A stretch of 41,897 nt of DNA from a virus (lineage: Duplodnaviria; Heunggongvirae; Uroviricota; Caudoviricetes), in IMG/VR virus record IMGVR_UViG_651053023_000011, positions 1-41,897 of that record; one strand, given 5' to 3'. Position 1 is the first letter of the stretch. Every line of letters starts with the position of its first letter. Position numbers and translations under genes: made by a program. The notes beneath the pieces were generated by a model that was given only the letters and a program-made list of their open reading frames with translations, was not told the origin of the DNA and did no database searches. This document shows positions 9,945 to 19,461 of this stretch, one piece after another.

Positions 9945-11894
9945 TCACCTTTTAAATGGAGAATACCCAACGTCATGGGTGATTTTCATAAAGGGATCGC
10001 CTGTTTTCGGCAAATCGATGACACGCATTCCCGGCGGCGCGTTGTCAAACGTCACCTTAAGTTCGCTGCGGGTTGCCGGTGACGATGAAAGGCTTAACAG
10101 TTGATTCCTTTCCAGTGATACATTCGGGATGTAGCGTTTATCTGGAGATAAATACCCATCACCACGTGGCATCTGCCATCCGGTCATGTCATAGACAAAA
10201 TCATGGAACTGTTTGCCCCACTCGTCGAACTTATCATTCAGACCAAATCCACTATTCAGTGCATCAGCCACAAAATTTTTAACAAGCCAGGGATGTTCTT
10301 TTTCAAACTCCTGCGCCATCATGCCCAGTTCAAGCAATCCACCAATCAGACTGATCTTACCAAGCCCCTTTAATTTCAGCGCCGTTTTTCCTGCCGCCGT
10401 TGTCCATTGATTCTGGGCGACTGTTGCTGCACGAATGGCTGCCACCGCTTTCACACCAATATACAGGGCAGAAACCGTTGCTATTGTTTTTACTGCCTGT
10501 TCCCATCCCCCCATTGCCCTGACAACCTGATCAACCTCCTGCCAGACTTTTTTCACAACCGGCCCGACCGTTTCCCAGTTGTCAATAATGAGATACGCCC
10601 CCGCTACCAGTAACGTAATGAGTCCCTTTGCCGGTGTCATATTCATCACGCTACCCATGATTTTTGTTATGCGTGTCAATGTGCCAATCGCCACGCCCAT
10701 CGTCAGTAATGCCGCACCAGTTTTCGCGATGGTTTTTACGACATCAGGATTTTCTCTGACAAACGTGCGCACTTCTTCCAGAAAAGGCTTCATCTCTTTT
10801 ATGCCTTCATTGATTGAAGGCAGGAAGGTTTCCCCCAACGTGGAAGAAATCGCATTGATCTGGTTCTGCAGCAGCAACAACTGATTTTCCGTCGTCGCGG
10901 CACGGGCGGCATATTCTTTCTGCATTGAGCCGCCATACTGCTGCGCATCCGCCACACGATTAAAATTGGTTCGCAACAAATCCAGATTCGTGAGCAGCGG
11001 CGCAATGGCTCCCAGAGACTCCTTCCCGAACAGCGCATTAAGCACAGCAGCCTGTTTTTCTTTCGGCACTTTCGCCAGAGAATCCAGTACGTGCAGCATG
11101 GCCCCACGGGCGTCTTTCTGCATATCCGCCGCCAGTTTTTTCGGGTCAATGCGCAACAGGCGAAGCGCTTTTTTCTGCGATTTGGTGGCAGAATTCCCCG
11201 CTGTCAGCGACAGCATAAAATTCTTTATCCCCGTCGCTGCAATTTCTGATTCCACCCCCATTCCGGCAATGGTTGCCCCCATTGCGGCAATCTCTCCGGA
11301 GGCCACACCCGCAACACTGCCTAAAGGGCCAATACGGGTCACAACATCAGAAATCTTTTTCGCACTTGCAGGACCAGTATTGCCAAGATAGTTAATCTTG
11401 TCCGCAAGTCCTGCCACTTCTCCCTGTGTCAGCTTAAAGGCTGTGCGCCACTGTGCCATCATCTGACCGGATTCTTCCGCCGTGGTGTCAAAGGCCACCC
11501 CCATCTTCACGGCGTCGTCAGTAAACTGCATCAGCTCGTCACGGGCGATGCCAGCCTGACCACCCGCCGCCACGATTTCGGCGATACCTTCCGCCGACAT
11601 GGGCAGTTCTGTTGACAGGTCGCGCACCTGTTCCGTCATTGCCTTAAACGCTTCCGGCGTATCCAGACCATCCACCACTTTCCGGACATCCGCCATTTTT
11701 GATTCAAGGGCAATGGCAGATTTGACCGGGAGCGCCAGCGCCCCCAGTACTGCGGTTCCGGCACCCGCTGCGCCCAGAGACAGGCTGGCAAACTCCTTTT
11801 TAAAGCCTTTCAGCTGGCGCTGCATCCCCTTCAGCGGTGCCGACACCTTATCCACGGCAGTGATGATCGCCTTCAGCTGAAAACTGTCAGCCAT
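9945..11894 (-). CDS. tail tape measure protein
   Basis: 649-aa ORF, Ala/Gly-rich with predicted coiled regions, downstream of chaperone pair. Confidence 0.85.
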   Translation of the reverse strand: MADSFQLKAIITAVDKVSAPLKGMQRQLKGFKKEFASLSLGAAGAGTAVLGALALPVKSAIALESKMADVRKVVDGLDTPEAFKAMTEQVRDLSTELPMSAEGIAEIVAAGGQAGIARDELMQFTDDAVKMGVAFDTTAEESGQMMAQWRTAFKLTQGEVAGLADKINYLGNTGPASAKKISDVVTRIGPLGSVAGVASGEIAAMGATIAGMGVESEIAATGIKNFMLSLTAGNSATKSQKKALRLLRIDPKKLAADMQKDARGAMLHVLDSLAKVPKEKQAAVLNALFGKESLGAIAPLLTNLDLLRTNFNRVADAQQYGGSMQKEYAARAATTENQLLLLQNQINAISSTLGETFLPSINEGIKEMKPFLEEVRTFVRENPDVVKTIAKTGAALLTMGVAIGTLTRITKIMGSVMNMTPAKGLITLLVAGAYLIIDNWETVGPVVKKVWQEVDQVVRAMGGWEQAVKTIATVSALYIGVKAVAAIRAATVAQNQWTTAAGKTALKLKGLGKISLIGGLLELGMMAQEFEKEHPWLVKNFVADALNSGFGLNDKFDEWGKQFHDFVYDMTGWQMPRGDGYLSPDKRYIPNVSLERNQLLSLSSSPATRSELKVTFDNAPPGMRVIDLPKTGDPFMKITHDVGYSPFKR

Positions 11895-12308
11895 GCTTCA
11901 TCTCCTCGTTAATGCGGACGGCCTCGGCTTCCAGTTCTGTAAACTGCGAAATAGCCACCCGTCGCAGCTCCAGTGGATTCAGTTTCCAGAACCAGGCAAC
12001 ATTGTAGAGTCGTTTCCGGAGGTGCTTCCCGTCTCCGACTGGGTAAAAAAACGCAGGATCTGCATGCTGGTCTTAAAAATATCCAGTTTTGCCATCTGCG
12101 CCGCCGATGAACGCGGGATCCCCGCCAGCAGCGGGATATATTTCAGTGCCACCTGGCTGTCCAGTTTAATACTGCCCTCACCGGAAATAATGAAAGGAAA
12201 ACCCAGGGCCTCGATTTCGTCATACGTGGGTTCACGCAACTCCAGCACATGCAGCGTTTCGTTATGCGCTGTCACCGGTTTTTTTAAAACAATTTCTGTC
12301 ACGCTCAT
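11887..12308 (-). CDS. tail assembly chaperone, -1 frameshift-extended form (GT-like)
   Basis: -1 frame is open from the T7 run (~12045-12051 on + strand as A7) for ~45 codons and ends overlapping the tape measure start codon. Confidence 0.45.
11979..12308 (-). CDS. tail assembly chaperone (G-like, short form)
   Basis: 109-aa ORF between tube and tape measure genes; contains U7 slippery run near its 3' end. Confidence 0.65.
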   Translation of the reverse strand: MSVTEIVLKKPVTAHNETLHVLELREPTYDEIEALGFPFIISGEGSIKLDSQVALKYIPLLAGIPRSSAAQMAKLDIFKTSMQILRFFTQSETGSTSGNDSTMLPGSGN

Positions 12309-12664
12309 TACTGATATCCTCCCTCTTCGCCGTGGAATTCAAGATCTGCCGTACCTTCTTCGGCATTATGGTTTGCTTCGCCATGCAGCCAGGCCGCCGA
12401 AAGCACATACACCATGCCGTTTGCCAGCTCGGCAGTAATCGTCATCTGGTCTGAGGCGGTAATTTTGTCGACCGGAAAATTTTTGGGCACTTTAAACGTG
12501 CCCTTAACGTAAGGTGACCGCCAGGTCTCCTTGTAATCCACATCACCAGCCATGCCGACGACATCATCCCGGACATTGGTGTTCATCGGCACTTCAATGC
12601 CACCTGTCAGCGATAACTGCTGACCATCCACTTTAAAAAAACAGGTTCCGGCGATCTTTGCCAT
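12308..12664 (-). CDS. tail tube protein (Mu gp40 / M-like)
   Basis: 118-aa ORF immediately after sheath gene with ATGA overlap. Confidence 0.8.
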   Translation of the reverse strand: MAKIAGTCFFKVDGQQLSLTGGIEVPMNTNVRDDVVGMAGDVDYKETWRSPYVKGTFKVPKNFPVDKITASDQMTITAELANGMVYVLSAAWLHGEANHNAEEGTADLEFHGEEGGYQ

Positions 12665-14160
12665 TATGCTGACTCCTCTGAATACTGGAGACGGAACTGG
12701 TTAACCACCGCAAAGACACGTAACTGGTTAACATAATCCGGCGGGAACAGCGTGTTCAGTCGGTTCGGGTTATCCGCATCACGCTCAACTATCAGATACT
12801 GTTTAAACAGATCGTAATTTTCCACAATACCGGCACGCTCCATCTGACGATATGTCGCCAGAAGCTCCCCTTTGATAACGGCAGGAGTAACAATCGCCTG
12901 CCCAGGACCAAAACGGGTACCATCATTTGCCAGCTTGTGGCGTCCGTACTTGCTTGTGATGACCGATTTCAGTTTGCGAAGAACATATGCGCTGGTATGC
13001 AGTGTTTCACTGTCCAGATAGCTGTTGTCTGCCACGCCATATGCATTCTTTTTGTATGTGGTTACGGAACGCTGGATCCGCAACGTGCCGCCTTCCACAT
13101 AAGCCGTCGCCACGCCGTGAGATAAAAGGGTCTGCTGCTCTGTCATGATGAATCGCTTACCTTTCGGTGCCGGAAGCATCCCCACCAGTTCCCCCGTCTG
13201 TGTCGGACGGGCCGGGTCATTGCGGATAAATACCGCTTCACGGGCAAGGCGACTGGCAACCAGTTCATCGACAGGCGACTGGGTTTCTTTTTCGTAACCG
13301 GCAAGCGTGATATGTTGCTGATTATGCATATCTCCGGCATTAACCAGCTCTGACAGCGTTCCCAGTTTTGCGGTATAGACATGCCCGTATAACTGGCGCG
13401 CATAACTCCAGCGACCGCTGCTGTCATTCATTTCGGTCATCATCATATTGATGGAGGCGGCATCGTTGAACGGCAGACCGATAAAGTCGAATGCCTCATC
13501 GCCCATAGCAGCAACAGCGGCGGTAAGATCAGGCGCGCCGCTACCCGCAGTTCCGGCTTCCGTCACGACCTGAAGCCCCGCAGGCAGAATCTCACCACCA
13601 CCAGAACCATAATAATTCAGGCAGACAGGCAACTCGTTACCATACAGCCCCTTATGGCGGGCAGTCAGCGTCACCACACCTGCATCAGATGACGCCGCAA
13701 ACGGCAGGGTGATAACCCCGTTTACCGCTTCCTTAATCGCGGTGGCAACCGCAGTGGCATCATCGCCATTCACCACAGGCACCTGTACACTGGAGCGCCC
13801 GACATACAGACTCAGGGTGCCGCTTTCCTCTGCTTCTCCGGTAACTGTCACCCTGACCGTCGCCGCCGCCCCTCTGGCTTCCGGTACTGCAATAACATAC
13901 AGTTCACCGAAAGGATCTGTCTGACGGTAGACGTCAACCATACGCGCCAGCTGGCTCCCGGCCCCACAAATCTGACGGGCATAATCTGCTGACGGCATCA
14001 GCACCAGGCTGTTAACCTCAATGGCGGCATCGTTGCTGGCATGCCCGATCAATAATGCAGGCGCGCTGGTCACTGCTGTATTTGCAGCAGAATTGTCCAT
14101 CTCGGCGTAAAACAACGGCACCAGCGTATCCGACGGAACAGCACTAAAACTTATTGTCAT
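12664..14160 (-). CDS. contractile tail sheath protein (Mu L-like)
   Basis: 498-aa ORF; sheath-like sequence and position. Confidence 0.9.
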   Translation of the reverse strand: MTISFSAVPSDTLVPLFYAEMDNSAANTAVTSAPALLIGHASNDAAIEVNSLVLMPSADYARQICGAGSQLARMVDVYRQTDPFGELYVIAVPEARGAAATVRVTVTGEAEESGTLSLYVGRSSVQVPVVNGDDATAVATAIKEAVNGVITLPFAASSDAGVVTLTARHKGLYGNELPVCLNYYGSGGGEILPAGLQVVTEAGTAGSGAPDLTAAVAAMGDEAFDFIGLPFNDAASINMMMTEMNDSSGRWSYARQLYGHVYTAKLGTLSELVNAGDMHNQQHITLAGYEKETQSPVDELVASRLAREAVFIRNDPARPTQTGELVGMLPAPKGKRFIMTEQQTLLSHGVATAYVEGGTLRIQRSVTTYKKNAYGVADNSYLDSETLHTSAYVLRKLKSVITSKYGRHKLANDGTRFGPGQAIVTPAVIKGELLATYRQMERAGIVENYDLFKQYLIVERDADNPNRLNTLFPPDYVNQLRVFAVVNQFRLQYSEESA

Positions 14161-14318
14161 GATTCTTTAGCCTTATCCTGTTTAACACGTACCACATCAC
14201 CCGCCGCTATACGGCGAAGCCAGTAGCTGTTTTCTTCCACATTTCGCCCGTCAGAAGGCAAAAGGTCTCCACGGGCAGGGTCAGGAACCGACCGCCCTTT
14301 CAGGGGTTTCACAAACAT
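14157..14318 (-). CDS. small Mu gp38-like protein (DUF2635-type)
   Basis: 53-aa ORF (MFVKPLKGRSVPDPARGDLLPSDGRNVEENSYWLRRIAAGDVVRVKQDKAKES) with stop overlapping sheath start; below the ORF-track size cutoff. Confidence 0.5.
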   Translation of the reverse strand: MFVKPLKGRSVPDPARGDLLPSDGRNVEENSYWLRRIAAGDVVRVKQDKAKES

Positions 14319-14327
14319 GAGGGACTC

Positions 14328-14889
14328 TTATTTCTGAGGGAAACGCATTTCCAGATGGTGCTCAAAGTCACCATCTGGGCCAGTACCAGGATCAATGTAA
14401 TCCACATCAATACTCAGCAGGATAAATCCGGCAGAGCATTCACGTCCTCTGCCTGTCGCGTGTCTTCTTCCGTGATTTCATACTTCGCCGTAAAATCAAA
14501 CTGGTAATACAGTTCGTAACGGTTCAGATCCAGCAGCGTGCCACCGGCATAAACAATCTCGCCCCCCTGCGGGTCCGGCATCCACCCAAGCAGGGCTTTC
14601 CAGAGTTCTCTACGACATCATGAACGGCGTCATAGGCTGCCCACTGCCCTTTTTCATCACGCTCATTGCTGAGCACAACAATAACGGAGAAGCCTTCTGT
14701 CAAATCCTGCCAGTAATCGGTCTGTGATTTTTGTTCCCCCGGCGCATCGTCAGAGGGGACAACATAGGCAGCAGGCAGACGCAGTTTTCCGGCATCAGGG
14801 ATCGCCTTAAACTGCGCTGCACCACCAACACGATTCTCAAAACGCGGGCATCGCTCACGCAACGCCGCAATTATTGTTGTCAGTTTCAT
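14328..14889 (-). pseudogene. Mu gp37-like (DUF1834-type) gene interrupted by two frameshifts
   Basis: Track ORF 14524..14889 ends in junk-like tail; coherent continuation (LWKALLGWMPDPQGGEIVYAGGTLLDLNRYELYYQFDFTAKYEITEEDTRQAEDVNALPD, then LSIDVDYIDPGTGPDGDFEHHLEMRFPQK) lies in two other frames. Confidence 0.5.
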
Positions 14890-15410
14890 TTATGCTTCCT
14901 TTTTACCGGACGTAACGAACACTGCAACTCACGGGACAACAGTTCCTGCGTCCAGTGACGCCGCCGCTCAATAACGTCAGCCATAAAGTTATTACGCGGG
15001 GCCAGCCGGAAAGCCGAAGAATGGTGCTTCTTCTGCCGCTTATCCTTTTTATCCATTCCATAAGCTGAATGGCGAACGCCGTAATACAGAAATGCCGGAT
15101 AATAGGGTGCGCCTTCAGGGAAACGGCGATTCCCCTGCCCGTTTTTCTGGTTAGGAGAAATTTTCACCATCAGTCCGGGGCGACGCGTCGTTTTTTTGGG
15201 AACGTAATAACCGATGGAGCGGGCCAGACGCCCGGTCTGATATCCCGGGTTCTCTCCCGGACCGGATCGTCCGCGTTTAATCACCAGACGTCTTGCGTCG
15301 CGCATATAGACGCGCCCGATCTGCACAAATGCCCGACGCAGACGGGCGCGATTAAACTCCAGCTCCTTTGGTTGTTTAAAGTCGACGTGTAAAAATGCTG
15401 TCTGATTCAT
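14886..15410 (-). CDS. HK97 gp10-like head-tail joining / tail completion protein
   Basis: ORF with internal ATG preceded by GGGGTGA; position between adaptor and tail genes. Confidence 0.5.
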   Translation of the reverse strand: MNQTAFLHVDFKQPKELEFNRARLRRAFVQIGRVYMRDARRLVIKRGRSGPGENPGYQTGRLARSIGYYVPKKTTRRPGLMVKISPNQKNGQGNRRFPEGAPYYPAFLYYGVRHSAYGMDKKDKRQKKHHSSAFRLAPRNNFMADVIERRRHWTQELLSRELQCSLRPVKRKHK

Positions 15411-15792
15411 GGCATTCACCCCGTCGTCGCGCTGTACGCAGTTCTTCACATTCCAGCAATAAAAAACGCCGCTGACCGTTCAGGTCGCGTATTCGCCGGA
15501 TCCGGTACTCCTGACCGTAATAAACCACCTCATGATCTGCCGTGATGTCGTGACGGAAACGGATCGTAAAATAATGCGTAACGATATTTTCTGTCTGCAC
15601 TGAGCCCTGATAAGCGGCAGCGCCTGGCTGAGCCACCTTTGCCCAGACATCAAACGACTCCGTATATGTCGGCTCCGTACCAAAATCAGCGGTGGGTTCA
15701 TCCACCCGAAGGCGGATCTTTATTCGGCGATTCAGCTCTCCGGGATCCGGTAAAAGGTAAGTGGCACTGGTCTGACTTTGTCTGATTTTCAT
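15376..15792 (-). CDS. head closure / head-tail adaptor protein
   Basis: ORF starting at MKIRQSQ with ATGA overlap to upstream gene; conserved position after connector. Confidence 0.55.
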   Translation of the reverse strand: MKIRQSQTSATYLLPDPGELNRRIKIRLRVDEPTADFGTEPTYTESFDVWAKVAQPGAAAYQGSVQTENIVTHYFTIRFRHDITADHEVVYYGQEYRIRRIRDLNGQRRFLLLECEELRTARRRGECHESDSIFTRRL

Positions 15793-16112
15793 AGCGGGAC
15801 AATCCTGTAAGGGCCAGCAAGCCATCTGAAACTCATTGGCGTTTCCAGCTTCTCCACATCGGTGATCGTTGAGCGATTTTCATAAAAATGACTGACCAGC
15901 ATCAGCATTGCCAGACGAACATCATCAGTCAGATGCATCCCGTCAGGATCGTCTTCCGGAATCGTCTCTTCCGGTGCATACAACTTCCTGTTCAGGTATG
16001 TCTCTGTTCTTTTCTGTACCGCCTGTGCCAGCAGTTTCAGAAAATCGCCGTCACTGTACAAACCATCATCGAGCCGGAGGTGAGATTTAATTTCCTCTTC
16101 TTTCAGGAGCAT
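15789..16112 (-). CDS. head-tail connector protein (gp6-like)
   Basis: ORF starting MLLKEEEIK preceded by AGGAGG; directly downstream of capsid gene. Confidence 0.6.
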   Translation of the reverse strand: MLLKEEEIKSHLRLDDGLYSDGDFLKLLAQAVQKRTETYLNRKLYAPEETIPEDDPDGMHLTDDVRLAMLMLVSHFYENRSTITDVEKLETPMSFRWLAGPYRIVPL

Positions 16113-16158
16113 ATTTTCCTCCTGTGCCCGCAATTACGCGGGCACAAAAAAAACCGCA

Positions 16159-17385
16159 TTACGCAGCGGCTTTCTGGCGGGTTGCAGCCCCAATTTTCAT
16201 CAGCTTAATCGCCTGAGAATCCACCAGCATACCGCCGGTTCGCTTGGTGGTATAAAAACCCACAAACGGTTTATTGGTGTACGGATCGCGCAGGATACGG
16301 GTACCGATGCGATCAACGATGGTATAGCCACGTTTGAAGTTACCAAACGCAATGGCTTTTGCATCGGCAGCAATATCCGGCATCTGTTCATTCTCAACGA
16401 TGCCATACCCTGCCAGAGAAGAAGGCTGACCCAGCTCAATACCCGGACGCCACAGATAATTTCCGTCGTTATCCTTCAGCAGACGAATGGCAAACAGGCT
16501 GCTGTTGTTCATCATGAACTTCGCGCCGCTGCGATGCGCCTTGCGCAGGGTGTAAATCAGTTTAATGATCGCATCGGCAGTCACGCCGGAAGCCGCACCG
16601 GAAGCAATGTGCTGAAGTTTGCCAAACGCACGGGTCTTGTCATCTTCATCGGTGGACTCATAAGCCAGAAAACCTTTTGGTTTTTTGCTGCCGTCGCCAC
16701 TGGTAAAGGCAATTTCTTCCTGTTCGGCAAATTCCAGCGCCAGCTCACTGTTGATCCAGTCTTCCACATTGAAGAAAGCATCATCGAGCATTTTCTGGGT
16801 GGCCTGCGGGTTGCCGTAGATTTCCCCCATAAAGGGTTCAATCAGCCCCAGTTTTGAGGTGGCGGTTTCCGAACGTGCATCCGTTTCCCCCACCCATCCG
16901 GACGTTGTGCCGCCCAGATTCACCAGTTTTTTATAATCCGAGCCACCGAGGGTGATCACGGTGGCTTCCTGGCGCATCACCACCTCATCTTTCAGCAGCG
17001 TCAGAATGGTGCGATCCAGTTCTTCCGGAATGGCATAACCACCATCTTCATCATTGCCCACCTGCAGCGCCTTACGCTCAAGCTCACGCAGACCGTCTTC
17101 ACGCCCCTTGCGCATAAATCCGATAAACGCTTCTTTATGTTCACTGGCAACTTTATTTTGCGTGCCGCCTGCCGGACGCTTAACTTCAGCCAGCTCAGCC
17201 TCAAGATCACTTTTCAGGTTTTCCAGTTCAGTCAGTTTTTCATTGAGGTTTTCCACTTCTCCGGCAAGTTTTCCCTTTTCCTGCTCGATCGCGTCGATAC
17301 GTTTGTCGTTTTTTGCCTTAAAATCGTCAAACTTCTGCTGCAAATCCTGCGCGACCTGTTCCACGTCTTTAATATCAACAGCCAT
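16159..17385 (-). CDS. major capsid protein, HK97 family
   Basis: 408-aa ORF with N-terminal coiled-coil delta-domain-like region and HK97-fold-like body. Confidence 0.9.
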   Translation of the reverse strand: MAVDIKDVEQVAQDLQQKFDDFKAKNDKRIDAIEQEKGKLAGEVENLNEKLTELENLKSDLEAELAEVKRPAGGTQNKVASEHKEAFIGFMRKGREDGLRELERKALQVGNDEDGGYAIPEELDRTILTLLKDEVVMRQEATVITLGGSDYKKLVNLGGTTSGWVGETDARSETATSKLGLIEPFMGEIYGNPQATQKMLDDAFFNVEDWINSELALEFAEQEEIAFTSGDGSKKPKGFLAYESTDEDDKTRAFGKLQHIASGAASGVTADAIIKLIYTLRKAHRSGAKFMMNNSSLFAIRLLKDNDGNYLWRPGIELGQPSSLAGYGIVENEQMPDIAADAKAIAFGNFKRGYTIVDRIGTRILRDPYTNKPFVGFYTTKRTGGMLVDSQAIKLMKIGAATRQKAAA

Positions 17386-17398
17386 TATTTACTCCTGA

Positions 17399-18049
17399 TT
17401 AAAATTTAAGATTTTTCAGTGCATTCAGTGCGGCATCCACATCCTCAGCATCACGCAGGGATAAAGCGCCATACCCCCCGGCCATGAATGCTTTGGCCTG
17501 GGTTCGCGAGAGTCCAACATCGCGCAGGACCCGCTCAATAATTTTCTGTTCAGGGATCTCCCCACGTGCCAGCGCATTTTTCACATCACTGATACGTGCC
17601 TCATCATTGGAAGGAAACGTCACCAGACTGACCTCCCACAGGTCGATCTCTTTCAGCAGGAATACCCCTTTTTCACGGTCGTATTCCCAGTCTTTCAGGA
17701 TGTAGCCAATAGAAAGGCCGGTTAAAGAACCGGCCTTCATATGGGCATGTGCACGTTTTGCCAGGGGATCATCATCAACGAGTAATCGCCCCCTGACATA
17801 AAGCCCGACATCATCTTCTTTCATTTCGGTGTACACACCGATGGGCTCATCCATGCGGTGCTGCCAGAGCAACGCAGGCAGCGCCTTTTTTTCGCTCCAT
17901 TTATGGAGTGTTGTGGTAAAGGCTCCGGGGACCACCACATCATCGTGGCTGTCCTTAACACCAAAAACAGAACCGTAACCTTCAAACTCCCCGGAATCAC
18001 TGACGGATTTCAGGTTCAGCGGTATATCAAGACGCTGTTTTGTCTGCAT
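17399..18049 (-). CDS. prohead protease, HK97 family
   Basis: ORF between portal and capsid; internal ATG (MQTKQRL) preceded by AGGAGA. Confidence 0.85.
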   Translation of the reverse strand: MQTKQRLDIPLNLKSVSDSGEFEGYGSVFGVKDSHDDVVVPGAFTTTLHKWSEKKALPALLWQHRMDEPIGVYTEMKEDDVGLYVRGRLLVDDDPLAKRAHAHMKAGSLTGLSIGYILKDWEYDREKGVFLLKEIDLWEVSLVTFPSNDEARISDVKNALARGEIPEQKIIERVLRDVGLSRTQAKAFMAGGYGALSLRDAEDVDAALNALKNLKF

Positions 18050-19268
18050 CTCCACTCTCCTTTTTCTTACCGTTGTCATCGCCAGCAGAGGGACTGGTGG
18101 TCATGTTCATCGGAGTCAGATACACATCACCGCCCGGTCGGGGATTCATATCTTCCAGATCACGGCAGTCATTAGGGGAATAAATCCCCCAGTTGATCCC
18201 CGTGGCATACGCTTCAAAGCGGGATTTCATGTCGCCACGCAACAATGCTCCGGCATTAAATTTGGCGTAAAACTTCCCCTGCTTGCTATCCCTGACCAGC
18301 CCTGTATTGATCCGCTGTTCAATGCGGGTCAGATACGGCACAAGGGAATAGTTAATGAAGCCAAGCCCCAGCTCTTCAATATTGTTGAAGGTGGCGCGAT
18401 CGGTGTTCTGCACCATATGCAGCGGCACGCGGAACAGGCGACAGATTTCTTCCAGCTGAAACTTGCGGGTTTCCAGGAACTGGCTGTCCTCGGCATTCAG
18501 TGCCACCGTTTTCCAGTCCAGCCCCATTTCCAGAATCATCGGACGATGAGAGTTTCCCAGCCCGACATGCCGTTCCTCAAAATCCTTTTTGATACGCGCA
18601 TAAGCCTGGTCAGAAAGTTGTTGATCCGTACGCAACACACCGGATGTTACCGCGCCATTGCCAAACAATCTGGCACCATGCTCCTCGGTTGCCGCTGCCA
18701 GTGAAATGGCCTCGCGCGCATATGCAATGGGATTCAGACCGACAAGTCCATCCAGCGTCAGGGTACGCACATGCCAGATTTCATTCTGGGTCAGCACATC
18801 CACGGAACCATCCGGAAACGTCACCTGATAAACCGGCTGCCACTGGCTGTTCAGCTTCGGTTCCACACAGCCCGGATCTATCGGAAGAAGCTCCACCACT
18901 TCCCCCAGTGCCTTTACCTTGTAGGCGTAAAAATTACCCCGCAGACACAGGCAGACGATAACCAGTTCCCAGAATTCCTGCGGCGTCATGTAGCCATTGG
19001 GTTTTGCCGAAATCAGCTTATGCAGCCGTTCATCCACCGCCCGTGTTTTAAGGGTGCCGCTGATTTTGTAGAGACTGCAGGGCAGCATACCAACAGACTC
19101 AGCCAGCACCCTGACGCAGGAATAGACCGCCGTCAGCCGCATGGCCCGCTGGCTGCTGATCCGCTTTCCGGTATAGGTGTCGTATGACAACCCCAGCTCT
19201 TCCGCAAGCATCCCGGGCGTTGTGACGGGGGTGTTATTTTTGCGTTGAAAAAGCCCCTGGAAAAACAT
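18027..19268 (-). CDS. portal protein, HK97 family
   Basis: 413-aa ORF after terminase; GGAGGTG RBS. Confidence 0.9.
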   Translation of the reverse strand: MFFQGLFQRKNNTPVTTPGMLAEELGLSYDTYTGKRISSQRAMRLTAVYSCVRVLAESVGMLPCSLYKISGTLKTRAVDERLHKLISAKPNGYMTPQEFWELVIVCLCLRGNFYAYKVKALGEVVELLPIDPGCVEPKLNSQWQPVYQVTFPDGSVDVLTQNEIWHVRTLTLDGLVGLNPIAYAREAISLAAATEEHGARLFGNGAVTSGVLRTDQQLSDQAYARIKKDFEERHVGLGNSHRPMILEMGLDWKTVALNAEDSQFLETRKFQLEEICRLFRVPLHMVQNTDRATFNNIEELGLGFINYSLVPYLTRIEQRINTGLVRDSKQGKFYAKFNAGALLRGDMKSRFEAYATGINWGIYSPNDCRDLEDMNPRPGGDVYLTPMNMTTSPSAGDDNGKKKESGDADKTAS

Positions 19269-19450
19269 TACTCACCTCCGGAGGCGACCCGGTGACCGCG
19301 ATCGAGATAACGCGCAACCAGCCACGACCAGCACAGACACAGCGCCCCGGCAACAACAAAACCAGCCGGGGGATAAATCAGCCAGGCGCCATACGCCAGC
19401 AAAAGCGCCCCCAGCACGCCCACCAGTGGCGTGAGAATTATCAGAAACAT
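19268..19450 (-). CDS. small membrane protein (two hydrophobic helices)
   Basis: 60-aa ORF with GAGGT RBS, wedged between terminase large subunit and portal with overlapping stop/start. Confidence 0.4.
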   Translation of the reverse strand: MFLIILTPLVGVLGALLLAYGAWLIYPPAGFVVAGALCLCWSWLVARYLDRGHRVASGGE

Positions 19451-19461
19451 AATGACCTCGG

